A stretch of DNA of 64,000 nt. Origin: Trueperaceae bacterium (GTDB lineage: Bacteria > Deinococcota > Deinococci > Deinococcales > Trueperaceae). Below, piece by piece: positions 56,601 through 64,000 of the stretch. Where the stretch lies: positions 3,040,001 through 3,104,000 of the forward strand of contig OZ243913.1 in assembly GCA_965213705.1 (NCBI GenBank), read 5' to 3'. The stretch's first letter is position 1; each line of letters opens with the position of its first letter. The notes beneath the pieces are model-generated. The model ran no database searches and was not told the DNA's origin. It was given only the letters and a program-made list of their open reading frames with translations. A program made the translations under genes and the position numbers.

Positions 56601-57927
56601 CCTGAACCTGCGCGCGCCGCAGTTCTTTTTAGCCTCGAGCCTCACCGACGCCGACCTGCGCTTTTTTCGCGCGGACGGCTACCACTTAGCGGGCGCGCTC
56701 CAGGTTCGGCAAGCCGAACTCGACTTGGAAAGTCGCAAGACCGCAGCTACCCCGCCGGAAGCTTCAGCCAATGAAACCTCAGCCGACGAAACCCCAATCG
56801 ACGAAACCCCACCAGTCGACGAAACCCCGGCCGACGAGGCCGCGAGCAGCCCACGCGCGCGCAGCCCCTTTTTGTCTCGTCTGACCTTTGACGACCTCAG
56901 CTTGAGAGCGCCGCAGCAAATCAGCTTTGCGGAGAACTTCGGTTCGGGCGAACTCGGCAACGTCGACCTGGTTTTGAGCGGGACGGCCGCGCAGCCGCGT
57001 TTGAGCGGCGCGGCGCAAGGGCTGCGCGGCACGGTGCGTTTTGCCGGGCGCGACTTCGCCCTGGAAAAAGCGCTCGCCACCTTTGAGCCCGCTCAGGGCC
57101 TCTACCCGACGCTTGACATTGCAGCTACCACCCAGTTCGACAAGCTGCAGGTGCTCGCCGGGCTCGCCGACCGGGTCAGCTTTGTCGAGCCGCGGAGCGG
57201 CAACGATTTCAACGTCACCTTGAGCCTGACCGGCGGCGTGGTACCCAACCCGGCACCCGATCCGGACGCGCCGAAACCGTTCAAGGTCGACGTCACCCCG
57301 AGCTTGAGCAGCGACGCCGTCATCGAAGTCAGCGGTGCCCGGGGGGGCGAGGCGAGCGGCGAAAACCTCGCGGCCGGAACCCGGCCCCTGAGCGAGCCCG
57401 AACTGTTTTCGCTGCTGACTTTGGGCAAGCTCGAGCTGTCCCCCGAATTCGCCCGAGGCGGCCTAGCGACCTCGCTCGCCCAAGGCGCACTCGACACGGC
57501 CGTCGACTTTCTCATTTTGTCCGAACTGCAGCGCGGCCTGGGCGACGCCCTGGGCCTCGAGTTGCTGGAAATCCGCACCACGCCGCTGGGGTCACTGTTG
57601 ACCGGCGACAACGAAGCCTTCGGCGTGTCGCTGCGCTTGGGCGGCTACCTCAGCGACGAGGTTTTTGCCAGCTACGAGGTCGGCAGCTTGGGCGTCGGCG
57701 CGGACGTGTCGCTGCGCAACCAGTTCGACGTTCGCTACAGTCTGGGCGCGCTCGAGTTCAACCTGGCGGGTCGGCTCGACTTTTACCGCGACGCCGGCTT
57801 GGAACCCCTGCCCGAAATCGACCTCAACCTCGCCTACGCGTTTTCGCCGCTGGTCCGGCTCGAGACGGGCATAGACCTCTCGACCGCCAAACAGGGCGTG
57901 CGCTTCGGGGTGAGCCTGCGCTGGTAA
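47623..57927 (+). CDS. tamB: Giant AsmA/TamB-like beta-rich envelope protein (about 3434 aa)
   Basis: N-terminal TM anchor, Gly/Leu/Thr-rich beta repeats with recurring GTL..P.L.G, C-terminal DUF490-like region (LSGTAAQPRLSG, G..RFAGRDF, P.LDI.A, LSEPELFSLL), ends FGVSLRW. Confidence 0.8.
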   Translation: MDVQTPAPTDHPGPPRFLKWSLPVLVAGLLLALYFAPQLPAVRGWLLSQVDSAVPAGYSLDYSSSGGNLWSGIEFGGANVDGPGLAVEADTLSLGYSLPALLTGRLPVSVTAEGVRGRVALKDLTVGGSGRGSNAAPVRPVLRDLSLKDVNLRLVDVPYTLPDLNVTNLQARPVGDAFRAEATLKTAEGEAVVNGTLALNPLRFTADVPRLDARVARQWWRGITGGTLAGTVSYADGRLRADASLRDGSLDFLGETASGIQGDVAYENATVRADLTGAALGGEVTAAGSVDVAALRWSAEAVGTVNLRDAVLWLAAGRVPVDVSDVGLSGSAQTRLSAEGWRDFTLDGAATGAGDVAGYALEDLQVDYSFDSDTGARVDATANLAGGDVTASLTPQADGFSFDFGGAGVQLSPAVRADLEVALTRSPGGLAGTTEAALTGTLLDQALNVTLGGVFKPDVVQASVDGTALGGPLTGAGSLQGGAVAARLELPGAVLPGLKRPVGLELSATGPADALPLTFTLTTPEPTGLVLGPLTVPKDIGGQASATLRGTRLEDLSGRFGTLTVAGDLGPDASGNLSYSLANTPLSGVVQGEASVDGVLTLADRVLESKATVTSSDLRLANLTLPPLAAAELEVRRADTWTATLTAPDETFKLGYGGGDDGGDDGDALRVTTADYPVTVAGQALTLTGTGKLAAADPLGSLDLALNTQTPFGDVTLTGGAAALRYTLETPTLGPGSQLTGTANLLERTTSLSGRLGALDVAGTGRWDDSLDGTLTVEGGGEKLELRVRGQPAQPSLALTGRLPLNLVGDLFGVTASGTVNADLVRTGSLYQEGRYRDGRYQGSAEVVGTLASVPVGLRFLGEGDTLGVTGDVTPFAVPLSLSGRLLPTIELNGASELGRVALVETGLTGAGTVPGGTFAGFTLEPQPWTLAGDLAAGTATLSLPETASSVRVDRGAAGWRATLDLAQTLARGDSAVSVETSGTLAAGSAVRGEVRLQTPAGDATLPLTGSLEGLELGGTLPAPVAASLLGSPVAVTGDLEVAARAQVGGGLTYAATAAWQTPRSTLTAQLDGAGTNFNITAAGGGLDLRYGPDGLSVQADGFQLEPFLGAAGVQGSLNGSLRRTLTLNETGAGWDGVLTLDTRAPVALQAVLSGAGERLELSTDYDADALNARAVGTLLPTLDLALSGAFRDLATLQGRVGGTLTRPAVAATLTTKPLDVQGGLELSVPAQTLTLTADFGNGLNAPGLNATGLNATLQGDALELELSEGGLQGALRLPFTLAGAEEVLSAEVGGTLSRPSLDGTLVGNVASGPVRVADGRLTTTLNLRPSPLLGGLPLDAPALTVAFTGAFEGARDLAWQAQVEGSAQFQGLPLALGGTLSGEGASYRGTVSATLAGESVPLTVAGQGSAVQVQANLEAFSLASLAPALPVPVTGTLGGTLDLDTRAPQLLSFDLTASGAVRGRGFDLTAERTEGELSVTGDVAGAPFTLGDETGAYSFTLGSSTDLSSLAGRLELAPALRLDVSGQYLAQPLTATAAYATSDASSGTVTPDTATPDTATWAAAVGDATVSGDARRVGGVWTLQSVVNSPADGVLPFQGRAEVAARVEGGNVTLDTLTANTALGGRAVGLELSGPAWPAPELTGGLEVAGFGRGDLTLSGAAPGYDVALNYDGLVLAAALTPGLAVETVTLGGAGTLPVGGGVPLTSDLTWTAAGFSGKAGADLSFGNLSANLTAVGTGPLGVAGRATYRGRGESQEVARLELALSANPFARPGLNGHLALQGDVGRFLPAYRTLTATPTTLTGRLDVSGEVTRPRLSGPVTLQGALAAAGAFVWDGAVGRLELSGDGLDATAALRASGWSVAARADGLDLTPLLPQLDAPRLGATVTGSGSWGEPVLQVDGLTLQTPNGSLAGDLTYDGALSGRLETDLALGDLNLGPALRGRLTGDLLLTGDSGGSDLTGTLQAVSLGLDEQPAVLDGQSAGLDGTLVVRGTLAAPDLNLNLRGVGGASGTLSGRFAPSQGSYALTSTLTLGDLESDFAVSLNAASPDGVKLGASGELAYRDYAVTLRGAAAGGDLTLTGRDRLEGWHLDLVPAAARLEVRGPLAGLADALAGNLALSAAWPPADGWLGGGVSGLAVGPLQVGDVALASSGARTLTLAGDRLAATVALRGGVAWSGFTWDVARLDAELPGNLAIRAAGRGTLTSADLSTVVSAQVQGESLQVPADLSYNRGTVTVKSDADALGGHVFLNARGSAAAGWQGELAVEASLSGVTASLEGTLSGAWQTPELAAALRVSPAASPTTVFSGTVTASPASLSLTGDLTSPLLEESLNLAGTFAAEPALTLQKPDGETLTLSTQDGLLTATGALELAAGPVRARLAALPGAAAGEAGLALTLDVPSLAGLTLESALPRVAPADLPEVLSGGLVFRGGRDSLDGTGGGTSNTEGSVVVNVAGASADVRALSFETPDGRLELSGTVAPRTSRLSGRWQGAASASATLPWLASLTDLSFETELTGAELKASATGNGSHLDARYSLETRNGALDAALDLPTGSARATLVYDAARGPSGSLAFADFPLFSGPTTGDAHLGAVLTLTPEALSGTADLELAGGNLTLDGSLGLASVLPGAVVPLGANSQDVTARLTDFGVENVPWAARVLPYVSAPLTGTAALRGGKLSGRLTAPVTVTEETLPLTLTLGGAFGAVEAEGTLGRSTFKLSRSGGTVAGLVRFVDFPLDEAVAAVAGPREVSAQLTGALRFEVPGGVLEQSYIRFSSERFVLEEGGVSTEGDLSFDLENGALTVQRASFEGVGSWQASGVASRNRLDLRFDAQDADFSPLLRLVPQLAGLNVGAFGSVQLVTSGSLVNPVVRASSSELEVRLGGSAYRLLDTGLTVQNSDFVTSGRLDGVAPLTGSLAFTGGGQVKLAAPRRFDLGLRFAGNPEVPVLGTLESVEGTVSVRPGEPWQIATTGVLGNDFQLSGSLSPLDLRLTGEGLNLRAPQFFLASSLTDADLRFFRADGYHLAGALQVRQAELDLESRKTAATPPEASANETSADETPIDETPPVDETPADEAASSPRARSPFLSRLTFDDLSLRAPQQISFAENFGSGELGNVDLVLSGTAAQPRLSGAAQGLRGTVRFAGRDFALEKALATFEPAQGLYPTLDIAATTQFDKLQVLAGLADRVSFVEPRSGNDFNVTLSLTGGVVPNPAPDPDAPKPFKVDVTPSLSSDAVIEVSGARGGEASGENLAAGTRPLSEPELFSLLTLGKLELSPEFARGGLATSLAQGALDTAVDFLILSELQRGLGDALGLELLEIRTTPLGSLLTGDNEAFGVSLRLGGYLSDEVFASYEVGSLGVGADVSLRNQFDVRYSLGALEFNLAGRLDFYRDAGLEPLPEIDLNLAYAFSPLVRLETGIDLSTAKQGVRFGVSLRW

Positions 57928-58022
57928 ACCGACTCGGCGGCTACAAACAGCTTTCGCGCATTACTTTTGCGACAAGGGTGGAAAAACCTCCACCAAGTTT
58001 GTGCAGCGTATGATTGCCGAAC

Positions 58023-58517
58023 ATGACGATACGAACCCTCACGCCCGCGGACGTAACGGCCTACCGAAGCCTCCGCTTAGCCGCTCTGGGGGAGCAACCG
58101 CCCGCGTTCGGGACGCCGCTCGAGAGGGAAGAACGGCTTCCTCTCGAGACGCTGGCTTTACGCCTTCAACCAGCCGAGGACAGCTATCTTCTCGGGGCTT
58201 TCGTAGACGACGCCCTCGTCGGGACGGTTCGCTTTGCGCGTTTTGAGGAGAACGAGAAACACCGCGGCTTGGTTGCGGGTCTCTACGTCGCACCGGACTT
58301 TCGGGGACGGGGGATTGCGCGGGCGCTTTTGAGCGAAGTGCTGGTGAGGGCTCGAGCCTTACGGTTGCGCAGGCTTCACCTCACCGTCGTCACGGGTCAA
58401 AACGCCGCCGTCCGACTTTACGAGTCGTTCGGCTTCAGCATCTATGGCACGGAGCGCGAAGCGTTTTCCAACGGGGGCCGATTTTATGACGAGTATTTGA
58501 TGGAACTGGTTTTGTAA
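58023..58517 (+). CDS. GNAT family N-acetyltransferase
   Basis: LYVAPDFRGRGIARALL, NAAVRLYESFGF. Confidence 0.92.
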   Translation: MTIRTLTPADVTAYRSLRLAALGEQPPAFGTPLEREERLPLETLALRLQPAEDSYLLGAFVDDALVGTVRFARFEENEKHRGLVAGLYVAPDFRGRGIARALLSEVLVRARALRLRRLHLTVVTGQNAAVRLYESFGFSIYGTEREAFSNGGRFYDEYLMELVL

Positions 58518-58672
58518 GTCTAAGCACCGTGAGTCCGGAAACTGGCAGATACCACGTAGATTATCTATACTGTTCCGACAAGAAGCAGTACCCATCCTTC
58601 AAAGCTCAGGGGTTGTTCGTTCAGTGTGTGAATTTTATATCATCTTGCTAGAATGGTTTTGCGGAGGAAATT

Positions 58673-58990
58673 ATGGCGAAAAAAGAACCCACCTCGAAAC
58701 ACGACCGGCGAGGGATTAAGAACGACGAACAAGGGAACAAAGCTTTCAACAAAAGCGTAGCATCGGGGCGTCTGGTCAGGGAGAAGTCGGGCAATATAAG
58801 CATGGCGTATCCCAAGCGCCATCCAAAAACGGGTGTTCGCGTTAGCGAAAGCGAGCAGGCCGAGACAAAAGCTCGAGCGAGTCTCATGCTTGAATTCCTA
58901 GACGAGCTGGCGTCGTCACCAATGCCCCCTCGCACAGCCGAGGAAATCGAGGCGGACGTTCGTACCGAGCAAAATGCTTGGGATGAGTGA
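58673..58990 (+). CDS. Putative antitoxin paired with the PIN toxin
   Basis: GGAGG RBS; acidic C-terminus RTAEEIEADVRTEQNAWDE; 4-nt overlap with the PIN gene; lower GC. Confidence 0.6.
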   Translation: MAKKEPTSKHDRRGIKNDEQGNKAFNKSVASGRLVREKSGNISMAYPKRHPKTGVRVSESEQAETKARASLMLEFLDELASSPMPPRTAEEIEADVRTEQNAWDE

Positions 58991-59385
58991 TTTACCTGGA
59001 CAGCTGCATCGTCATCTACCTTGTCGAGAAACACCCGATTTACTATAGACACCTCAGTAAGCTATTCAGGGACAACGTTGACAAGGGGTTCGCTACGTCG
59101 TCGCTGGTAGCGCTGGAATGCCTGGTCGGCCCTTTAAAGCGTGGCGACGAGGCGCTCGAGGCCCGGTTCGGTAAATTTTTCGCGGCGACCAGACATCTTC
59201 ATCTTAGCAACGACGTTTACCTGGAAGCAGCCCGAAAGCGCGCGCAACACGGCATAAAAACGCCCGACGCCCTGCATTTGTCGACAGCAGAAATTAATGG
59301 TTGCACCGAGTTCTGGACTAACGACAATAGGCTGGAAAAAGCGTCACCCATTGTGAAGAACATACTCGACGACTCGAGTGCTTGA
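58987..59385 (+). CDS. vapC: VapC/PIN-domain toxin
   Basis: IYLDSCIVIY, ALECLVGP, KTPDALHLSTA, FWTND. Confidence 0.9.
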   Translation: MIYLDSCIVIYLVEKHPIYYRHLSKLFRDNVDKGFATSSLVALECLVGPLKRGDEALEARFGKFFAATRHLHLSNDVYLEAARKRAQHGIKTPDALHLSTAEINGCTEFWTNDNRLEKASPIVKNILDDSSA

Positions 59386-59535
59386 CTTCGGTCTTGATAC
59401 TTTCATCCCGAACGTACTTGAGAAACCGTTGAGGTGAAGGAGACTTTCCTTCTCCCCTACCAAACTACTGCTTCCACCGCATTCACACCCGGTCGGCCAG
59501 CGCTACAAACTCCAGCAGGCAGGTCAGCGCAAACT

Positions 59536-59862
59536 CTAAAGCCGCGCCATCTCGTCCAGGGCCAGCACGAACACGACCGCCCCGCCGACCTTGACTTCGA
59601 CCGGTTCCGCGTAGGCACTTTCACCGCCGTTGAAGTACTGGTTGGACGGCGCGAGCTTGGTGCGCTCTTTGCACACTTTGTGGATAAGCGCCTTGACGTG
59701 CCAGACTGCCGTGTCCTCCACGCCGATGAGGAAGGTCGTGTTGCCTTCGCGCAAAAAGCCGCCCGTCGAGGCCAACTTTGTCGACTTGAAGCCCTGACGG
59801 GTGAGTTCTTGCCGCAGCTTGGCGGCGTCGTTGTCCTGGACGATGGCGACGACGAGTTTCAT
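59536..59862 (-). CDS. darA: PII-like cyclic-di-AMP receptor (DarA/PstA, DUF970)
   Basis: MKLVVAIVQDND, TKLASTGGFLREGNTTFLIG, EVKVGGAVVFV. Confidence 0.9.
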   Translation of the reverse strand: MKLVVAIVQDNDAAKLRQELTRQGFKSTKLASTGGFLREGNTTFLIGVEDTAVWHVKALIHKVCKERTKLAPSNQYFNGGESAYAEPVEVKVGGAVVFVLALDEMARL

Positions 59863-59901
59863 GTTCCCCTCCCCGCTCGAGCCCTCGTTCTGTCTTCGTT
59901 T

Positions 59902-61506
59902 TTAAGCCTCATGCACTATTTTACCCCCGCAGACGGTCAACTCGGCGCTGAGCTTTGCCAAGTCTGCGGGCGGAAGCTCGAGCACGTCCTCCGACAGCAG
60001 CACCATGTCGGCGAGCAAGCCCGTTTTGAGGGTGCCTTTTTCGTGTTCCATAAATTCCGTATAGGCGGCGTCTCGAGTGTAAGCGGCCAAGGTTTGTGCC
60101 AGGGTCTGCGCCTCACTGGGCAGCGTGTCCGCCCACGGTTGCCGGTTGACAGCCGCGTCGAAACCCAAAAAAGGGTTCATGCTCACCACCGGCCAATCGC
60201 TGCCGAAAGCGAGGTGCGCCCCCGCCGCGCGCAAACTCCGCCAGGGAAAGCTGTCCCTGAAACGCGCCTCCGGCACAAAGCGCAGCCACGACGGCAGGTA
60301 ACCCAGCTCGGGCCGGGTGCAGTGGTAGGGCTGCATACTGGCAACCACGCCGAGGTCATGAAAACGGCCCGTGTCGTCCGGGTGCAGCAGTTCGACGTGC
60401 TCGACGCGGTGGCGGCTGTCGCGCACGCCGTTCTCGCGCTGCGCCAGCGCGTAGCCGTCCAGGGTGCGGCGCACCGCCGCGTCGCCGACGGCGTGAACTG
60501 CGATTTGCAAGCCCGCCGCGTCGGCGCGTACGGCCACATCTTCGAAGTGTTCGGCGCTGAAAATCGCCTCGCCGGTTGTAGTCAGGTCGGTGTAGGGCCC
60601 TGTCAAAAAGGCCGTAAACGACTCGACCACCCCGTCCATAAACAGTTTCAGCGCGCCTGCCCGCAAAAAATCGCTGCGGTAGCCGTCGCGTAACGAGACC
60701 GCCTCAGCCACGGCCTTTTCGACCGACTCGTGCGGGTTTGTCCGGTAAGGCAGGTACACGCGCAAACTCAGTTCGCCGCGCTCGTCGAGCTTCTGGTACA
60801 GGGAAAACTCTTCGGCGTCGCCGTTCATGTTGTGGACGCTCGTGATGCCGAAAGAATGGGCGAGTTTGACGCCCTGCTCGAGCAGCCGCAGCTTCTCCGC
60901 CGCGCCCACCTTGGGGATGAGGTCATAAACGAGGTGCATCGCCTCGAACTCGCGCAGCTCGCCGGTCGCCGCGCCGTCGTCGCCGAGCACGACCTCGGCG
61001 TTGCCGCCGGGGTTCGCGCCGTGTAAAATCCCCGCCGCGTTGAGCGCCACGGTGTTGCACCAGACCGTGTGAAAGTCGAAACAGGTCAGGACCAACGGGA
61101 GGTTCGGCTCAATAGCGTCCAAGTGCTGCCGGGTCAGGCGCTCGTCACCGGGCAGAACGTCGTAACTGAGGCCGGAGCCGCGCAGCCAGGTCGCGTCAGG
61201 GTTTGCGGCTCGGTAAGTGGCTACGGCCGTTCTCAGGCCCTCGAGACCCCGGACGCCGGTAAGTAAAATATCGTTCAACCGTAACGAACCCCACATCAAG
61301 TGGAAATGCGCGTCGACGATGCCGGGCAGCAGCGTCCTACCGCCCCCGTCAACCACCTTCGTGTCCGGGCCGCGTAGTTGAAGCGCCTCCGCCTCACTGC
61401 CGACGAACGCGATGCGGTCGCCCACCACCGCGACGGCCTCCGCGTGAGGCTTCTCCGGGTCAAGGGTGAAAACCGAAACGTTTGCAACAATCAAATCCGC
61501 CTTCAT
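59902..61506 (-). CDS. Amidohydrolase (YtcJ-like)
   Basis: PGIVDAHFH, KLFMDG, VHAVGD, RHRVEH, FGSDWPV, KG.L..GLLAD. Confidence 0.92.
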   Translation of the reverse strand: MKADLIVANVSVFTLDPEKPHAEAVAVVGDRIAFVGSEAEALQLRGPDTKVVDGGGRTLLPGIVDAHFHLMWGSLRLNDILLTGVRGLEGLRTAVATYRAANPDATWLRGSGLSYDVLPGDERLTRQHLDAIEPNLPLVLTCFDFHTVWCNTVALNAAGILHGANPGGNAEVVLGDDGAATGELREFEAMHLVYDLIPKVGAAEKLRLLEQGVKLAHSFGITSVHNMNGDAEEFSLYQKLDERGELSLRVYLPYRTNPHESVEKAVAEAVSLRDGYRSDFLRAGALKLFMDGVVESFTAFLTGPYTDLTTTGEAIFSAEHFEDVAVRADAAGLQIAVHAVGDAAVRRTLDGYALAQRENGVRDSRHRVEHVELLHPDDTGRFHDLGVVASMQPYHCTRPELGYLPSWLRFVPEARFRDSFPWRSLRAAGAHLAFGSDWPVVSMNPFLGFDAAVNRQPWADTLPSEAQTLAQTLAAYTRDAAYTEFMEHEKGTLKTGLLADMVLLSEDVLELPPADLAKLSAELTVCGGKIVHEA

Positions 61507-61625
61507 AGCGAGAACTCCATGCCGCATTGTATGGCTTGGGTCAGGAAAAAGGAGAAAGGAGAAAGTGAAAGTCAAAAGCTTGTTCTCCTTTGCTTCCCGC
61601 CCTCCCCTACGCCCCCACTTACCTT

Positions 61626-62366
61626 CTAACCATAACGCCGCTGCCGCAGCACCTCGAAGGCGATGACCGCGGCCGCGGGCGTCGTGCCCAGGGCTTGTTT
61701 GAAGTTGCGTCCGTAAGGAATTTCCACGACGAGGTCGGCGTTGCCGAGCAGCGTACGGCTCACCCCGCGTTTTTCACCGCCGACGACGACGAGCAGGGGT
61801 TGGGTCAAGTCCGCTTGGTAAAGCGAGGTTGCCCGCTCGCTCAGGTCGGTGCAGACGAGGCGGACGTCTCGAGCCTTCAAAAGCGTCACGAGTTCTTCGT
61901 CCGAACCCGCCACCGCCATCGGCAAAAACTCCGACGCGCCCGCCGAGGCCCGCGCCACGGTCGCGGCGGCCGTCGTCCAGTTGCGCTCCCGCACGACCAG
62001 GCCGTGCGCCCCCGCCGCGTGGAGCGCGCGCACGGCTTGCCCGAAGTTGTAAGGGTCTTCCACGCCGTCGAGCATCGCTAAAAAGGCGGCTTGTGGGCCT
62101 CTGCCCAAGTTTTCCAAACTCACAAACCGCCGTGGCCCCACCAGCGCAACCGCGCCGCCGTGCGTGCTGCCGGAGGTGAACCGCTCGAGTTCCTCCGCGG
62201 ACACGTAGCGCAGCGGCACCCGTTTTTCCTTGGCGCGTTTCTCGAGCGCCGCCAACCGTGAACTTTTACCCCGTTGCAGCAAAATCTCGAATATTTCGCG
62301 GCTGCCGCTGACGAGGCAGGCGCGGATGGACACCCAGCCCTCGAGGGTTTGGGGGGAACCGGTCAT
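61626..62366 (-). CDS. SpoU/TrmH-family RNA methyltransferase (RlmB-like)
   Basis: LDGVEDPYNFG, ARASAGA, VVGGEKRGVS, EIPY. Confidence 0.88.
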   Translation of the reverse strand: MTGSPQTLEGWVSIRACLVSGSREIFEILLQRGKSSRLAALEKRAKEKRVPLRYVSAEELERFTSGSTHGGAVALVGPRRFVSLENLGRGPQAAFLAMLDGVEDPYNFGQAVRALHAAGAHGLVVRERNWTTAAATVARASAGASEFLPMAVAGSDEELVTLLKARDVRLVCTDLSERATSLYQADLTQPLLVVVGGEKRGVSRTLLGNADLVVEIPYGRNFKQALGTTPAAAVIAFEVLRQRRYG

Positions 62367-62721
62367 GGCTCAAGGGTAACGTTTTAAGACGGTGAGAACA
62401 CGGTGGGAACACCCAGACGAACCACAACAGACCGTGACGTCGGCATGGCTGTCCTTAAAAATCTCCAGCAACGACGTCGCCCGCGTGCCCAATTCCCGAT
62501 GGGTGCGCTCGTCGCGGCCATAGTTTTCATCGACACTTTCGATTCGAGTAGCTGTAGAAGCTAAACCAATCTCCGATTTTTTGTGACGGCGTTGGACTCC
62601 GCTTGTTAGCTAATCAAAACCCAACGGCGTCTTTGACCGGAACCTCGGGCTCACCTTTGACCGTAAGCGTCCGACAGGCCTCTGTCGGAGGTGAACGAGT
62701 AGTGAACCCCGCACACGGCTG

Positions 62722-63189
62722 TCAGCGCTTCTCCAACCGCCCCGGCTTGACGCTGTCGAGTTGCTTGATTTCCTCGATAAACCGGTCTACCGAGTCGAAG
62801 TCTCGGTAGACGCTCAAAAAACGGATATAGGCCACGTCGTCTAAGTTTTTCAAGAACTGTAAAGTGCGCAGGCCGATTTCTTCCGAAGTGATTTCGGGGG
62901 CTTGGACTTCGTCTTCCAAGCCGTAAGCGAACTCGCGCAGTTGCTTGTCGGTGACGGGGCGTTTGTTGGTGGCGATACTGAGCTTGTCGAGGAGTTTGTC
63001 GGGCGTGAACACTTCGCGGCGACCCGAGCGCTTGACAACCATCAGCGCTTCGAACTGGGCGCGCTCATAAGTGGTAAAGCGCCGGTTACAAGCGCTGCAC
63101 TCGCGCCTGCGGCGAATCGCGTTGCCCTCGTCGGAGGGTCGTGAATTGATGACGCGGGTTTCCTCGCTCGTGCAGTAAGGGCACTTCAC
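62722..63189 (-). CDS. nrdR: Transcriptional regulator NrdR
   Basis: MKCPYC...IRRRRECSAC..RFTTYE, ATP cone, VAYIRFLSVY. Confidence 0.97.
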   Translation of the reverse strand: MKCPYCTSEETRVINSRPSDEGNAIRRRRECSACNRRFTTYERAQFEALMVVKRSGRREVFTPDKLLDKLSIATNKRPVTDKQLREFAYGLEDEVQAPEITSEEIGLRTLQFLKNLDDVAYIRFLSVYRDFDSVDRFIEEIKQLDSVKPGRLEKR

Positions 63190-63205
63190 GCGCCGACCCC
63201 GAAAG

Positions 63206-64000
63206 TCACTTGAGGTATTCCTCTAGCGTGGTCGCGGCCTCGGCCACAAGCTGTTCGTCCTCTAAACCGTCTTCCAAGCTGTCATCGTCTGCGCGCTCAC
63301 TCTCGAAGTTGGGCAGCCCGTCCTCAGTCTCGTCTTCGCCGTACAGACTTGCCTCCAAATCGTCCTGGCGCACGTTGTCGTCGAGGGCGGCGCGCACCTC
63401 GGGGAGCATGGACTCGGTCACGCGGGGCGGCGGCGGCAGTTCGACGTACAGGCGGTGGCCCGAGACGCCGCTCGCGTCCCCCGAACTGAGGTAGCGAACG
63501 CTCCTGACCAGGGCCGCGTCGTGTTTGGGGTCCGACGCCGCGCGGGACGGCACCACCACGTTGACGCGCAAACTGGCGTTGCGCGCTTCGAAAGCCGCCG
63601 CCATCCGCGTAATCGCGCCGCGGATGGAGAGCATGTGCGGCTCGGTCGCGCTCCGGGGCGGGCTCACCAGCACAATCCAGGCGTTTTCTAACAGCCGTTC
63701 GGCCATCTTGAGCGTCAAAAAGGTGCTGCGCACGTTCTCGACGAACAGCTCGCCGAATTCTCCCTCGCTCAGGTCGCGGAAGCGGGTGTAGCTCTGACCC
63801 GTAGCGACGTGGACGACGCCGGACAGCTCGCCGAAAATCTCGAACACCTTGTTGAAAGCGTTCTGAACGTCCATCTGGGTCGTCATGTCGGCCTGAATCG
63901 GAATCGCCTGGCCGCCCAACTCTTCAATTTCAGCCGCCGTTTTCGAGGCGAGGTCGACGTCTTTGTCGGCGCAGACCACGTCGAACCCGGCCTGCCCGTA
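63206..64000 (-). CDS. Degenerate SDR-fold protein with acidic tail, 5' end off the right edge
   Basis: Rossmann/SDR-like sequence (IQADMT, G.LSGVVH, LRVNVVVP, YLSS..ASGVSG); no YxxxK; Asp/Glu-rich C-terminus. Confidence 0.7.
   Translation of the reverse strand, partial: YGQAGFDVVCADKDVDLASKTAAEIEELGGQAIPIQADMTTQMDVQNAFNKVFEIFGELSGVVHVATGQSYTRFRDLSEGEFGELFVENVRSTFLTLKMAERLLENAWIVLVSPPRSATEPHMLSIRGAITRMAAAFEARNASLRVNVVVPSRAASDPKHDAALVRSVRYLSSGDASGVSGHRLYVELPPPPRVTESMLPEVRAALDDNVRQDDLEASLYGEDETEDGLPNFESERADDDSLEDGLEDEQLVAEAATTLEEYLK

Noticed and set aside
62367..62721. Possible ncRNA or gene remnant between nrdR and the RNA methyltransferase (hairpin TCCGACAG-GCCT-CTGTCGGA)
   Set aside because: No family recognisable by eye; an Rfam/Infernal search would be needed.

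Overview
High-GC (about 67% by eye) bacterial chromosomal segment. Gene content, a giant TamB-like protein, a DUF11 surface operon and many -10-box/leaderless starts point to Deinococcota (Trueperaceae/Deinococcales-like); this is inference, not a database result. Left to right: actB (partial) and actA of alternative complex III; PAS-GGDEF-EAL; yiaA; BlaI plus M56 peptidase with a palindromic operator; AddA-type helicase-nuclease; BMP-type nucleoside ABC transporter; Rieske oxygenase; dxr, M50-CBS, rseP, GT2, MBL hydrolase; hicBA; esterase; YdcF; hisD; two oxidoreductases; peptide ABC genes; EthD; a five-gene DUF11 operon; three reductases; trpC; acyP; TamB-like (about 3430 aa); GNAT; a VapC-type TA pair; c-di-AMP receptor; amidohydrolase; RNA methyltransferase; nrdR; a degenerate SDR (partial). 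The best candidate for an undescribed system is the DUF11 operon (31493-43216). Its proteins carry DUF11 domains split into N-terminal donor strands (with Asn) and C-terminal truncated acceptors (with Lys and Asp). The distribution fits a donor-strand, possibly isopeptide-cross-linked pilus: tip, shaft, base, a catalytically dead chaperone-like protein and an outer-membrane barrel. The window also shows CTCGAG enrichment, GATC avoidance and many short tandem duplications. No rRNA, tRNA, CRISPR array or transposase was seen.
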